From NCBI RefSeq assembly GCF_030028105.1, contig NC_092371.1, forward strand, positions 14,529,884 through 14,593,883: a DNA stretch of 64,000 nt. Direction: 5' to 3'. Below are positions 1 through 14,444 of this stretch, piece after piece (positions within the stretch are counted from its first letter, which is position 1; every line of letters starts with the position of its first letter). A model generated the notes under the pieces. The model was not told the origin of the DNA and did no database searches. It worked only from the letters and a program-made list of their open reading frames with translations. A program made the position numbers and the translations under genes. This stretch comes from Mobula birostris. Its lineage: Eukaryota.

Positions 1-3000
1 GTGCCGAATGCAGGAGGTCGTGGAGTCTCCAAGCCTCCCGGACGTCCACATCTGCGCCAGGTGCGCCGAGATGCAGCTCCTAACGGACCGCGTTAGGGAA
101 CTGGAGCTGCAGCTCGATGACCTTTGCCTCGTCAGGGAGAGTGAGGAGTTGATAGAGAAGAGTTACAGGCAGGCGGTCACTCCGGGGCCACGGGAGGCAG
201 ACAAGTAGGTCACGGTTAAGAGGGGGAAGAGGAAGAGACAGGTAATGGAGAGTACCCCAGTGGCTGTGCCCCTTGACAATAGGTACTCCTGTTTGAGTAC
301 CACTGAGGGATGGGGGGACAGTGGCCGTGCCTCTGGCACAGAGTCCGGCCCTGTAGCTCAGAAGGGTAGGGGAAGAAAGAGGAGGGCAGTCGTAATAGGG
401 GACTCGATAGTAAGGGGGTCAGATAGGCGATTCTGTGGACGCAGTCCAGGGACTCGGATGGTAGTTTGCCTCCCTGATGCCAGGGTCCGTGATATTTCTG
501 ATCGCGTCCAAGATATCCTGAAATGGGAGGGTGAGGAGCCAAAGGTCGTGGTACAGATAGGTACCAATGACATAGGGCGGAAAAAGGAAGGGGTCCTGAA
601 AGCAGAATATAGGGAGTTAGGAAGGGAGTTGAGAGAAAGGACTGCAAAGGTAGTAATCTCGGGATTACTGCCTGTGCTACGCGACAGTGAGAGTAGGAAT
701 GCAATGAGGTGGAGAATAAACGCATGGCTGAGGGATTGGAGCAGGGGGCAGGGATTCAAGTTTTTGAATCATTAGGACCTCTTTTGGCGCAGGCGTGACC
801 TGTACAAAAAGGACGAATTACACTTGAATCCTAGGGGGACCAATATCCTGGCGGGGAGATTTGCGAGGGCTACTGAGGTGACTTTAAACTAGAATGGTTG
901 GGCGGTGGGAATCAAATTAAAGAGACTAGGAGAGAGGAGGTAAGTTCACAACAGGGGGATGGGAACAACTGCAGAGGGACAGAGGAGTGTAAAATGAGGG
1001 TAGAAACAAAAAGTAAAAATAGCAGACCAGCAAATCCAGGGCAAAAATCAAAAAGGGCCACTTTTCAACATAATTGTATAGGGGCCAAGAGTGTTGTAAA
1101 AGCAAGCCTGAAGGCTTTGTGTGTCAATGCAAGGAGCATTCGTAATAAAGTGGGTGAATTAAAAGTGCAGATAATTATTAATGAATATGATATAGTTGGG
1201 ATCACAGAGATACGGCTCCATGGTGACCAAGGCTGGGAGCTCAACAGTCAAGGATATTCAATATTCTGGAGGGATGGACATGAAAGAAAAGGAGGTGTGG
1301 TAGCATTGCTAGTTAGAGAAGAGATTAACGCAATGGGAAGGAAGGACATTAGCCGGGAGGATGTGGAATCGATATGGGTAGAGCTGCATAACAGAAAGGG
1401 GCAGAAAACGCTGGTGAGAGTTGTGTACAGGCCACCTAACAGTAGTAGTGCGGTTGGGGATGGCATTAAACAGGAAATTTGAAATGCGTGTAATAAAGGA
1501 ACAGCAGTTTTAATGGGTGACTTCAATCTACATATAGATTGGGTGACCAAATTGGTAAGGTGCTGAGGAAGACGATTTCTTGGAATGTATACGGGATTGT
1601 GTTTTGAACCAACATGTCGAGGAACCAACTAGAGAGCAGGCCATTCTAGATTGGGTATTGAGCAATGAGGAAGTGCTAATTTGCAAGCTTATTGTGAGAG
1701 GCCCCTTTGGGTAAGAGTGACTATAATATGGTGGAATTCTTCATTAAGATGGAGAGTGATATGGTTAATTCAGAAACAAAGGTTCTGAACTTAAAGAAGG
1801 GTAACTTTGAAGGTATGAGACGTGAATTAGCTAAGATAGACTGGCAAATGATACTTAAAGGGTTGACGGTGGATATGCAATGGGAAGCATTTAAAGATCG
1901 CATGGATGAACTACAACAATTGTTCATCCCATGTTGGCAAAAAAATAAATCAGGGAAGGTAGTGCTTCCGTGGCTGACAAGGGAAATTAGGGATAGTATC
2001 AATTCCAAAAGAAGAAACATACAAATTCGCCAGAAAAAGCGGTTCACCTGAGGACTGGGAGAAATTCAGAGTCCAGCAGAGGAGGACAAAAGTCTTAATT
2101 AGGAACGAGAAAAGAGATTATGAGACAAAACTGGCAGGGAACATAAAAACTGACTGTAAAAGCTTTTATAAATAGGTGAAAAGAAAAAGATTGGTTAAGA
2201 TAAATGTAGGTCCCTTACAGACCGAAACAGGTGAATTGATTATGGGGAACAAGGACATGGCAGACCAATTGAATAACTACTTTGGTTCTGTCTTCACTAA
2301 GGAGGACATAAATAATCTTCTGAAAATAGTAGGGGACAGAGGGTCGAGTGAGATGGAGGAAATGAGGCAAGTACATGTTAATAGGGAAGAAGTGTTAAGT
2401 AAATTGAAATTAAGTAATATTAAAGACAGATAAATCCCTAGGGCCAGATGGTCTGCATCCCAGAGTGCTTAAGGAATTAGCCCAAGAAATAGTGGATGCA
2501 TTAGTAATAATTTTTCAAAACTGTTTAGATTCTGGACTAGTTCCTGAGGATTGGAGGGTGGCTAATATAACCCCGCTTTTTGAAAAACGAGGGAGAGAGA
2601 AACTGGGGAATTATAGACCGGTTAGCCTAACATCGGTGGTAGGGAAAATGCTAGAGTCAGTTATCAAAGATGTGATAACAGCACATTTGGAAAGCGGTGA
2701 AATCATCGGACAAATTCAGCATGGATTAGTGAAAGGAAAATCATGTCTGACGAATCTCACAGAATTTTTTGAGGATGTAACTAGTAGAGTGCATAGGGGA
2801 GAACCAGTGGATGTGGTGTATTTGGATTTTCAAAAGGCTTTTGATAAGGTCCCACACAGGTGATTAGTGTGCAAACTTAAAGTACACGGTATTAGGGTAT
2901 GGTATTGATGTGGATAGAGAATTGGTTGGCAGGCAGGAGCAAAGAGTGGGAACAAACGGGAGTTTTTCAGAATGGCAGGCAGTGAATAGTGGGGTTCCGC

Positions 3001-4014
3001 AAGGCTCAGTGCTGGGACCCCAGTTGTTTACAATGTATATTAATGACTAGGACGAGGGAATTAAATGCAGCATCTCCAAGTTTACGGACGACACGAAGCT
3101 AGGTGGCAGTGTTAGCTGTGAGGAGGGTGCTAAGAGGATGCAGGGTGACTTGGATAGTTTAGGTGAGTGGGCAAATTCATGGCAGATGCAATTTAATGTG
3201 AATAAATGTGAGGTTATCCACTTTGGTGGCAAAAACAGGAAAACAGATTATTATCTGAATGGTGGCCGATTAGGAAAAGGGGAGGTGCAACGAGACCTGG
3301 GCGTCATTATACACCAGTCACTGAAAGTGGACATGTAGGTACAGCAGGTGGTGAAAAAGGCGAATGGTATGCTGGCATTCATAGCAAAATGATTCGAGTA
3401 CAGGAGCAGGGAGGTACTACTGCAGTTGTACAAGGCCTTGGTGAGACCACACCTGGAGTATTGTGTGCAGTTTTGTTTCCCTAATCTGAGAAAAGACATT
3501 CTTGCCATAGAGGAAGTATAAATAAGGTTCACCAGATTGATTCCTGGGATGGCAGGACTTTCATATGATGAAAGACTGGATCGGTTAAGCTTATACTCGT
3601 TGAAATGTAGAAGATTGAGGGGGGATCTGATTGAAACGTATAAAATCCTAAAGAGATTGGACAGGCTAGATGCAAGAAGATTGTTCCCGATGTTGGAGAA
3701 GTCCAGAACGGGGGGGGTCACAGTTTGAGGATAACGGGGAAGCCTTTTAGGACCGAGATTCGGAAAAAACCTCTACACACAGAGAGTGGTGAATCTGTGG
3801 AAATCTCTGCCACGGGAAACTGTTGAGGCCAGTTCATTGGCTATATTTAAGACGGAGTTAGATATGGCCCTTGTGGCTAAAGGGATCAGGGGGTATGGAG
3901 AGAAGGCAGGTACAGGGTTCTGAGTTGGCTGATCAGCCATGATCATACTGAATGGCGGTGCAAGTTCGAAGGGCCGAATACCCTACTCCTGCACCTGTTT
4001 TCTATGTTTCTATG
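1..4014 (+). mobile_element. Near-full-length, decayed CR1-clade LINE (ORF1 zinc-finger/leucine-zipper plus SGNH esterase; ORF2 APE endonuclease plus RT)
   Basis: ORF1 motifs 'HICARC', 'VVIGDSIVRG' and 'VQIGTND'. ORF2 motifs 'LCVNARSIRNK', 'VYRPP', 'NYRPVSLTSVVGK', 'YLDFQKAFDKVPH' and 'PQGSVLGP', broken by several stops and frameshifts. Ends in a (TTTCTATG)n tail at ~3998-4014. Confidence 0.95.
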
Positions 4015-4016
4015 TT

Positions 4017-5577
4017 TGTATAATAAATCCAAAGTTGCAGACGATAGAAAACCGGGGTGGAACGTGATTGGGACATTGAACTATCCATAAAAAATTATCT
4101 CAGTCCGTAATAAATGGAAACTTAGATATCATATGAACAACTATAAGATTGTTGACTGTATAATTCAGAGGCAGAACTGGACTTTCGGGTAGATTTGGTC
4201 TCTTTCGTGGTCCTGCGTGTTTGTTCACCTGCATTTGTTAAAACTTTTCGTATATAGTGTCGTTAACCCTTCTGCTTATTGTTTCATCTGGTCAGGTTTA
4301 TTTTGATTGGAAAGGGTTTGAAGCGTACTGATATTATTTAATGCGTATTCCTCACTAGTACTTACGGTTGGGTACTAATTATTCGAGAAAGATTCATCTC
4401 GCGCTGGTGCTCGGACAAGCGATGAATGTTCTGTTGGAATTACTATGAAATAAAATCTTGTTTCTATATCTACATGAGAGTCTATCGTTCCTCGGCTCCT
4501 GGGTTCAGTTGTTCGTCACCGCAAACAGTGGCAGTACGATCCTGAGCCACAAATGTATCCAACGGAGTTTAAACAGCCACTTGGACAACGGTTCTCTGGA
4601 GGCGAGGGTTCCTTATATTCTCAATGCTCGCGTCCAGGTTCTATTGCGAGTTCCCCTGTGCGTCCCACTGACCTATAGGTTTCCGAGGAATATTCCATGT
4701 TCCCGAGTTATACGCCATGTTATCGATGTTACCAGCCCTGCCCCGAGAGCATCAGGTCTGTTTCGAGTTCACCAGTTCAGTCCTGAGAAATCAGGTCTGT
4801 CTCGAGTTTACTAGTCCTGTCTGCAGAGAATCAGGTCTGTCTGGAGTTTACCAGTCCTGTCTCCAGAGTTTAAGTCTACCTCGAGTTTACCAGCACTTTG
4901 TGAAGAGCATCATGTTTTCTCGAATTCACAGTCCCTGCCTTGAGTAACTGAGGGCTCCTTGGGACTTCAGTTGCCATCCTTTAGGGAATGATGTACTGCC
5001 ATGAGCTATACGGGACAGTGAACCTGTCCTTGTTAATTGTTGTTTTATCTAGAGTCAGTCAGCCATTTTACTTTCTGTTTAATCTTGTCAAGTTTGTTTT
5101 GACTGAAACGGGTTTTCTGCGGACTACAGTTTTATTTTTGAAATAGACACCCCAATCCCACTTCTTGTGATATCCTGGTGTTGCGGGAAAGATTCCACTC
5201 GCTGTTGCTCAGTCAAGCCACTGATGTTCTTGTTGGAATTCATATTTAAAACTCTCTCGATATGTGACTCTGTGGTTCGTATTTACCTGGGTTTAGTCGT
5301 TTGTCAGCGCACATCGTGACAGTCTCATAGTTGGGACTCCTTTTTTGTCGGGGTTCGGGGGGTGGGATTAACGAGTGGATTTGATTGAATCGGTATACAG
5401 TTCTGGAACTCTCTTACTGAAAGGTTCTTGGTGCTGAAACTCTTTCTAAGGTGCAGCGTGCAGTTTTCTTTTTCGAGGATTGAATTATTCCATCAACATG
5501 ACCAAATACTCGCAAAATAAAAACGGAATTATGTCCGGAGTTTTCAGGGTATCTTTCAAGTGACACATTGCTTCACA
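4017..5577. mobile_element. Possible LTR-like repeat with an internal diverged duplication
   Basis: Starts TGTA and ends ...TTCACA about 55 nt after an AATAAA. Contains a tandem array and a diverged direct repeat (~4387-4440 vs ~5187-5241). No convincing TSD. Confidence 0.3.
4751..4935. repeat. ~40-bp minisatellite, about 4.5 copies
   Basis: Units begin ATCAGGTCTGT(C/T)TCGAGTT at 4751, 4790 and 4830, with degenerate copies at ~4870 and ~4909. Confidence 0.85.
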
Positions 5578-5909
5578 GTTCTCTGTAAAAGGATAATAAT
5601 AGACGGGGAGGCGGGGTGGTTGGGTATTGAGATCTCCAGGTGCTTGAAGTCCGCTAGTGAACATGAGGTGGCGGTAGAGAACCGTCGAGGACCGGAGTCG
5701 GTCCTAACCTGCCAACATTTCCAAGGCGCTTAACAGAATTTGAGCAGCTTAATAATATATTAAGCAGAGCATCATGTGCCTATCCGGAAGATCTTTTTTG
5801 CTAAAGTTTTTGTGCGATCGCTGTTAACACTGGTCACAAAGATCACCTTTCGTTAAGGGCTGAGTACAATTGACTGATTTAGGAATTAAATTCTTCAACC
5901 TTGCAGGAA

Positions 5910-6440
5910 TACACTCAGTTGCCACTTATTATGTACACCGATATACCCGATCATTAGTGTAAATATCTAATCAGTCAATCAAGTGGCAACAATTCAATGT
6001 ATAAAATACGCATAGATGGTCAAGTGGTTCATTTGTTGTTTGGAGCACACAACTGTATGGAGCAGAAAACTGCTCTAAGTGAATTTGACTGGAATGATTG
6101 TTGGTGTCAGATGGAGCGGTTCGAGTATCTTGGAAACCACTGCTCTCCTGGAATTTTCACGCACAACTGTCATTACAGTTTACAGATAATGATGCGAAAA
6201 ACGAACAATTAAACAATTAAAGACAAACATCCAGTCAGCAGCAGTTCTTTGGGCTAAAACACCTTGTAGATGAGAGAGGTTAGAGGAGAATAGTCGGAAT
6301 AGTTCAAGCTGACAGCAAGGCAGCTGTAGCTCGATTGTATTAACACTTTTGTGCACACCAGGGGTTTCAACAGTGATAAAGAAGAGCATCTCTGAACGCA
6401 GAATATGTCGAATAGAAGCAGAAGGCCATGAACATAGAGG
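5910..6440 (+). mobile_element. Degraded Tc1/mariner DNA transposon (left end plus N-terminal transposase region)
   Basis: TIR-like start TACACTCAGTTGCCACTTATTATGTACACC, followed by decayed HTH-coding sequence (GAATGATTGTTGGTGTCAGA..., CATCTCTGAACGCA) of the fish Tc1 type. Confidence 0.7.
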
Positions 6441-6936
6441 AGGTACCTCGTAAAGAGGTAGTGGTAGAGATTACTATTATATTTCCTCCATTGCCACTTC
6501 CCAATCCGCTTATTTACTGCTGCCATCTAATAACTCGCTGATTTGGTTAAATCTTGGTTATGCTGGTGGGAGCATATTCATGCCTTAACAGCTCACGTGA
6601 GACAAATGAAAGAGGATACCCAGAACTGATACAAAGATGCAGAAAAGTAACATGGGGAGATCTGGAAGCCATCCAGAAACATACGAGCTGACATAAACCA
6701 GTCACCAACGCCGGTAGTGGAACCTCTTGAGCCGGATTCATGCACAGTTTAGTTTTACAACATACAAGAACTGTTACATGGGGAGTAGCAGAGTGATTCG
6801 TCCACTTCAGCCTGCAACGGAGGAAGAGATGGAGGCTTTCGTTTCTTCAAGCGCAGTGTGGAGAGGAAATATTTGAGCCTCTTTCGTCACCAGCTCATTA
6901 CTGGGGAATAGGAGAAGGAGCTTTTTCCATCCATAC

Positions 6937-8420
6937 AAACCGTAGAAACCATAGAAACTACAGCACAGAAACAGGCCTTTTGGCCCTTCTTTGCTGTGCC
7001 GAACCATTTTCTGCCTAGTTCCACTGACCTGCACACGGACCATATCCCTCCATACACCTCCCATCCATCTATCTGTCCAATTTATTCTTAAATGTTAAAA
7101 AAGAACCCGCATTTATCACCTGGTCTGGCAGCTCATTCCATACTCCCACCACTCTCTGTGTGAAGAAGCTCCCCCTAATGTTCCCTTTAAACTTTCCCCC
7201 CCTCACTCTAAATCCATGTCCTCTGGTTTTTTTCTCCCCTTGCCTCAGTGGAAAAAGCCTGTTTGCATTCACTCTATCTATATCCATCATAATTTTATAT
7301 ACCTCTATCGAGTCTTCCTTCATTCTTCTACGCTTCAGGGAATAAAGTCCCAACCTATTCAACCTTTCTCTGTAACTGAGTTTCTCAAGTCCCGACAACA
7401 TCCTTGTAAACCTTCTCTGCACTCTTTCAACCTTATTTATATCCTTCCTGTAATTTGGTGACCAAAACTGAACACAATACTCCAGATTCGGCCTCACCAA
7501 TGCCTTATACAACCTCATCATAACATTCCAGCTCTTATACTCAATACTTTGATTAGTAAAGGCCAATGTACCAAAAGGTCTCTTTACGACCTTATCTACC
7601 TGTGACGCCACTTTTAGGGAATTTTGTATCTGTATTCCCAGATCCCTCTGTTCCACTGCACTCCTCAGTGCCTTACCATTAACCCCAGTATGTTCTACGT
7701 TGGTTTGTCCTTCCAATGTGCAATACCTCACACTTGTCAGTATTAAACTCCATCTGCCATTTTTCATCCCATTTTTCCAGCTTGTCCAAGCCCCTCTGCA
7801 GGCTCTGAAAACCTTCCTCACTGTCTACTACACCTCCAATCTTTGTATCATCAGCAAACTTGCTGATCCAATTTACCACATTATCATCCAGATCATTGAT
7901 ATAGATGACAAATAACAATGGACCCAGCACTGATCCCTGTGGCACACCACCAGTCACAGGCCTCCACTCAGAGAAGCAATTCTCTACCACCACTCTGTGG
8001 CTTCTTCCATCGATCCAATGTCTAATCCAATTTACCACCTCTCCATGTATACCTAGCGACTGAATTTTCCTAACTAACCTCCCATGCGGACCTTGTCAAA
8101 GGCCTTACTGAAGTCCATGTAGACAATATCCACTGCCTTCCCTTCATCCACTTTCCTGGTAACCTCCTCGAAAAACTCCAAAAGATTGGTCAAACATGAC
8201 CTACCACGCACAAAGCCATGTTGATTCTCCGTAATAAGTCCCAGTCTATCCAAATGCTTGTAGATTCTGTCTCTTAGTCCTCCCTCCAATAATTTACCTA
8301 CTACCAACGTTAAACTTACTGGCCTATCATTTCCCGGATTACTTTTCGATCCTTTTTTAAACAACGGAACAACATGAGCCACTCTCCAATCCTCGGGCAC
8401 CTCACCTATAGACAGCGACA
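6937..8420 (-). mobile_element. 5'-truncated CR1 LINE (RT domain and 3' UTR)
   Basis: Minus-strand ORFs contain 'RPVSLTLVVGK', 'VPQGSVLGPLLFVIYINDLD' and 'FADDTK'. Short tail repeat (AAACCATAG on +) near 6937-6960. Confidence 0.93.
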
Positions 8421-8739
8421 TCATATGCATCAAAATCAAACGTGGAATTCATTGCCACAGACAGCTGTGAAAACTTCGTCATTGGGTGTATTTAAAGCGG
8501 AGGTTTAGGGATTGTTGATTAGTAAGGGCGTCAAAGATTCCATTGAGAAGGCAGGGAATACTGTTAGGAGGGGTAATAAATAGCCATGATGGAATGGCGA
8601 GTCAACCGTGATGGGCTGAATCGCCTAATACAGATTTTATGTTTCATGCTTAAAGATTAAGAAGTACTTCTGAATTGTCTCAGAACGCATTTGCACTGTC
8701 AACCTTATCTGCTTAAAATAATACCTATTATTATTATTT

Positions 8740-9830
8740 TATGAGGGCTAGAGATGTGTAATAAAGAGCTGGAAAGTTGATTGGTGAAAGAGATACAGAG
8801 CTGGAGAAGGATTAATCTGATAGGAGAGGACAGAAGGCCATGGAAAAAGAACAGGGAGAGGAGCACCACAGGGGGGTGATGGATAGGGAAGGAGATCAGG
8901 TGAGAGAGGGAAATAGGAATGGGGAATGGCGAATGAAAGGAGGGGCAGGCATCTGAAGTTCAAGAAATCGATGTTCCTGCCAATAGGTTGGAGAGTCCTT
9001 GGACGGAAGTTAAAGCGTTGTTCTCCAGCCTGAGTGTGGCCTCATCTTGACAGTAGAGGAGGCCATGGACTGACATGTCGTGATTGGAATGGGAAATGGA
9101 ATTAAAATGCGTGGACATTGGGAGATCCCGCTATTCCTGGTGTAGCTGCTTAGCGAAGCGGTCTCTGAATCTACGTCGAGTTTCACCGATATACAGGAGG
9201 CTACACTGGTAGTACCGGATACTGTCGATTACCTCAACAGACTCACAGGGGAAGCATCGCCTCACCTGGAACGACTGTCTGGGGACCAGAATGGTAGTGA
9301 GGGAGAAAGTTTAGGGGCAGACATAGTACTTGTTCCGCTTGCAAGGATAACTGCCAAAAAGAGGTCAGTGGGGAGGGACGAATTGTCAAGGAAATTGCAT
9401 AGGGCGTGTTCACTGTAGTAAGAAGAAAGTGGAGAAGGGAAGAGGGAAAGATGCTTGGTGTTAAGATCCCATAGGAGATGGCGGAAATTAAGGAGAGGTA
9501 AGGGTAGCGTTGATGGTATAAGATGGAAACCCTTGTCTTTGCAGAAGGAGGACATCTCCGTTCTTATCCTGAGAACAGATGCAGCAAGACGGAGGAATCG
9601 AGAGAACGTGATGGCACTTTTACAAGTAACCGAGTGAGAAGCGGTATTGTTCAGGTAGCTGTGAGAATCAGTGGGTTTGTAATAGTAATCAGTAGATAAG
9701 CTTGTCTCCAAAGATTGAGACAGAGAGATCGAGAAAAGAGAAGGATTTGTCGGAAATAGACCAGGTAAATTTGAGGGCGGCGTGGAAGTTGGAGGCAAAG
9801 TTGATGAGGTCAGCGTGCACCCAATCACGA
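8740..9830 (-). mobile_element. Degraded Penelope-like element (RT C-terminus, GIY-YIG remnant and tail)
   Basis: 'YYKPTDSHSYL...FSRFLRL' in ORF 9262..9828; homologous to the PLE copies at 28-36 kb and 46-49 kb. Confidence 0.8.
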
Positions 9831-10639
9831 AGTATGCCTGAATTAGTAGAAGACGACAACATGTGATAACCCTTCAGGCAGGAAAAAAATAAACAGTCAA
9901 TGAATGGCTGGAGGAATGTGTCGAAGGGAAGGAGGGCACCAGTCTAGAATATGGCCCTTTTGGTAAACTCGAATTTTGTGAATGAGGTTCTTGGTGTTTG
10001 CGTTGACTTCAGCAAGAATCTTGTCCAGGATCCGCACGGTAAGCCGGTTCGGAAGCTTGGAAAACATAAGGCACGGGATGCGGGAGCCAATTAGCTAAAA
10101 AAAAAAGTTGGTGTGGCATTGGATTGAGAGCGTTAGTGAAGCATCCTTTTACACACTGGAGAACTGCTATCAATGGTGTACAACAGGGACATGTGCTGGC
10201 TATACGATTCCTGGACTATAATAACTATTTGGATGAGAAAGTGGTTGTCATAGTTGGGATGTTGTACTTTATGATGACAAACTGCAATAACTTCCGCGTC
10301 GGATTGGTGAAAGCTGGTGAGTGTTGTAGAACAGAGAGTCCGAGGGACACCAGTGTCATCAAAATGAATGATGCTGCATCACGTTATGCCCAAACATATA
10401 TCAATTCCAGCCTGGAATCTGGCGAGGCAATTAGAGAATGAACTTCATCAGTTGTTAGTTGCTGACTGAACTGAGTGATATCACAGTTTCTCATCCTGTC
10501 ACCCATCGCTTAACGCCCGCGCCACAACCCCACCCCAACAGAGGAGACAGAATTTGAGTCCATTTGCTTTCAATTCAGTAATGTGTAACGGGATTGCCTC
10601 TTATTTTCCTAAACTTCAGAGAGCTTGAATTCTCCTTCT

Positions 10640-11500
10640 CAGCCTCAAAGTAAAAGTAAATTCAGTATGGAAGTTCATAGATGTCATCATATTCTCCTGC
10701 GAGATTCATTTTCCTGCGGACATTCAGAGTAAATGCGAAAAACGCAAAAGAATCAATGAGTAACGGTAGGCAATAAAGACGGAGAATGAACCAATGTGCA
10801 AATACCCAAAATAATAATAAATAAAATAGCAATAAAGTTTAAGAACATGAGTTACAGAGCTCTTGAAAGTGTCGATAGATGTGGAATCAGTTCAGTGTTG
10901 GTGTGAATGAAGTTGAGTGAAGTTGTTATCTCTGTTTCAAGAGTCTGATAGTAGAGGGTGATAACTGTCCCACAACTGTGGGACCTAAGCCTCACAGACA
11001 TCCTTCTTATGGCAGCAACGAGAAGAGAGGAAGGCTTGCATGGTGGGGTTGGTGGGGGAGCGGTGTCGTTGAGGATGTTTGCTGCTTTCATGCGACTGTT
11101 CCGCTTTAGGTGTGCTCAACAGTGAGGAGGATTTCACCGGTGATGGTCTCGGGTTTAGCCATTACGTTTTGTAGGTCTTTCCGTTCAAGGATACTGCTGT
11201 TTCCGTAGCAGGCTGTGATACAAGCCGTCAATAGAGACTCAATCGTGCATCTATAGATGTTTGTAAGAGCTTTAGATATCATGCCAAGCTTGGCAAACTT
11301 CTAAGAAATTCCTGACCTTGCCGTGCGTTCTTTGTAATGGCCGTTGTGGTTGGACCCTGGACAGAAAAGATAACATCTTTGATCTCCTGATGACGACTGG
11401 TTGCAGGATCTTCGATTTCCTCTCCCTGTCGTCAATAAACTGTTCTTTGGTTTTGCTGACATTCAGCGAGAGATTGTTGATGTGGCACTATTCAACCAGA
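10640..11500 (-). mobile_element. Rex1/Babar-like LINE 3' remnant
   Basis: Minus strand gives 'CHINNLSLNVSKTKE'-like RT text near 11420-11490; the 3' UTR resembles those at ~23400-23820 and ~51070-51450. Confidence 0.6.
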
Positions 11501-12139
11501 TAAGGTCATATCTTTGAGTCAGTACTCTCCCCAAGGGAAGCAAAGGTTGCACGACCAAAACGGAGACTTAGATCCGAGGACAAGTGGTAGATATGTTTCA
11601 CAACCTTGCAGAGGTAGTGGTAGAGGGAAGTAAAATTGTTCAGTTTAGAAGACATCCGGGCAGTTAGACGGATATTAACATTTTTTGGTGAATTTATCCA
11701 AAGGCATACCAATGGGATGAGCGCAGTTTGGCAACTTGGCCGGCATGGACGGGTTGGGCAGAAGGGCCCATTTCTGTGCTTTATAACTCTGTAAGTCTAA
11801 ATATCGCGGCTCTCAGGGACAGTGAATTTGTGTCATAGTTGGTTGTCACTGATGCTCAGCAACAACCACTCCTTGGGCTTTTCATAAATATTATCGCTGC
11901 GAATATCGTCTGGGCAGTGCTGGGAATATGACCATTTCATATCTTGGATAACAGTTAAGCAGGTGCACGAGGTCCATGCGTGAGCTTATACATTCCCTTG
12001 TGTGTCTGGTATTGAAACATTTATCGGATTCTTCAAATTGTGCTGAGGGTTGGTTTAGAAATTTAGGTGAGATACCGTGCCCATGATCACCCTCCGGGCT
12101 AGTCACAAATCCTCATGTTGCTCAAGTGAGTTTTCCGAT

Positions 12140-12560
12140 CGCTGCTTTCAAAGTTATATATTTATCAGACACAGAGCTGAGAGAGTCATCATATCCTCCA
12201 CCCCTCCTCTTTCTCTCTCTCTCTCTGTCTCTTTCACACACACACACACACACACAACCTCGCTCCTCGCGCTCTCCCCATCTCCCTCCTCTCTCTCCCT
12301 TTCTCTGCCTTTATGTCTCTCCCTCCACTGCTTCCGTCACTCTCCTCTCTGTCTCTCCCCATCTCTCACATAAATTTTCTGCGCTCACACTCTTTTCCGA
12401 CTCATTCTGCCTCACTTCCCACTGTTTTTTCTTTCACCCCATCTCTCCCCCCCACTCTCACCGTCTCACCCTCTGTCTCTCCTATTTCCCATAACTCATT
12501 ATTCCTCTCTTCCTCTGCCCCTCTCTCTCTCCCTGTTCCTCTCTCCCCCATTCATCGTTT
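12140..12560. repeat. CT-rich low-complexity tract including a (CA)n run
   Basis: About 400 nt of pyrimidine-rich CT repeats, with (CA)~10 near 12237-12256. Confidence 0.9.
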
Positions 12561-14282
12561 GTCACAACAAATTCCAATTGTGTAAACTTTTATTTTTATG
12601 ATTTATTTTCAGAATGTGCCTCTTCCTATTATTGCGGTTTCTCAGATTGAGAGAATTTAAAAAGTTCAGTCGTATCTCATCAACACCCCCACCTTCCCGA
12701 GACCGAGTGGCCGCGCCATCTGCACCACTTCACAAACAGGACAGAAACAGCAGCAATTTGTGTAACTGTCGCTAAATAAAGGCTGTGCAAACCTCTTCCC
12801 GGTCCCATGGGGAGATGACGCGGCCCGCAGCTGCATCAGTGCCGTTCACAACAATCCAAACAGTTCGACCGTATCCATCTATCCGTCCCATCCTCGACTC
12901 TGGTCAGCGAATTAAAAAAAAATCAAGGGGCCCTGGAAGCGAAAATTGAAAGCCCCTGATTGAATGAGGGAGAGATTAACTGGACGGACCAGTGTCCTAT
13001 GGTCAAGAGCGGTTTGAGGGAGATTTACTATATCCCAGGTTATGACCCACACGTATTCGAAATTTTAATCACTATCTACAGTTATCCAATAAGAGGTAAT
13101 CGATAGAACAAGCCTTGCACAAGGCATACTGCAAGATATTAAGCAATATCATTTCACAAATAAAACAAGCCAATGTTTCACAGTGGCGTTATTAGATAAG
13201 CATTGATATCGTGACACATAAGTCGAACTTCTAATTGGCAAGAAATTTCTTCTCATCTCTTACACAGTATCTAACAGATCGTGGCAGAATCAAGGCTGGG
13301 TGGTGATGGACTAAATTATGGACGACAGAAGGGAGATTTGATGTCCCACACGTGGCTCACTGTCAATAACATCCTTCATCAGAGTAAGGATCAGCATCAG
13401 AATCAGGTACAATATCACTGCCATATGTCGTGAAGTTTGTTGTTTGTGCCCCAGAGTGCTGAGGACCCGATTAAAATGAACATGGAGTGTCATAAAATAA
13501 TAGACCAGCACAACACCGAATCACGCCTTTCGGTCCATCTAGTCTGTTCCGAACTACTAATATGGTTAGTCCCGTAACTCTGCACCAGGACCATCAGCGT
13601 CCATCCTCCTCCCTCCACCCAAATTTCTCTTAAGTGTTGAAATCGACCCTCATCCCTCACAACCGCTGAGAACTCTTTCCATACCTTCACCATCCTTTGA
13701 GTGAAAAAGTTTCCTCCGATGTTCCCTTTAAACATTCTAACTTTTAACCTTATGCCATGACCTCCAGTTGTAGCCTGACCCACTATCAGTGAAAAAATAG
13801 TCTCCTAATATTTTACCCTTGCTATATCCCACTGGAGTGCAGTAGTAGGAGATATGAAGACCCACCAGAACTACCACTGAAAGTATGTAATAAAAAGTTT
13901 AAAATAGAAAGACATTTTTGGATAGCATATGGTCTTTTAAGAGACTCCTGGATAGGAGACTCGTGGAGCTTAGAAAAATAGAGGGCTATGGGTAATCCTA
14001 GGTGATTTCTAAGGTAACGACATGTTCTGTTCAGCTTTGTGCGCCGTAAGGCCTGTATTGTGCTGTAGGTTTTCTTCGTTTCTATGTTTCTATGAAAGGT
14101 TAACGTGGATCAATTTCACACTGAGAATGGAAACACTAGAAAGTAAATAAATAAAGCGTCGGTGAAGTTAGACACATGTATGAGAAGGCAAAGGAAGCCT
14201 TCCGGAAATATATCTGAATGACAGGCCAACGTGACACTCTATGCAGGCGGTATATAGACATATATAAACATACATATATTTA

Positions 14283-14299
14283 GAGAGAGAGAGCGAGAG

Positions 14300-14345
<46 letters not shown>
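14283..14345. repeat. (GA)n microsatellite
   Basis: Near-perfect GA run. Confidence 0.97.
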
Positions 14346-14346
<1 letters not shown>

Positions 14347-14444
14347 AGAGCAGAGAGCTGGACAACATGTTTTTGGCATCTTACTCATGGAGGGATGGCG
14401 GAATCTATTATTAAGTCCATACGACAATAAAACAAAGGAGGAGA

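Noticed and set aside
12077-12585. Ser/Leu/Pro-rich ORFs
   Set aside because: These are translation artefacts of the CT-rich low-complexity tract.
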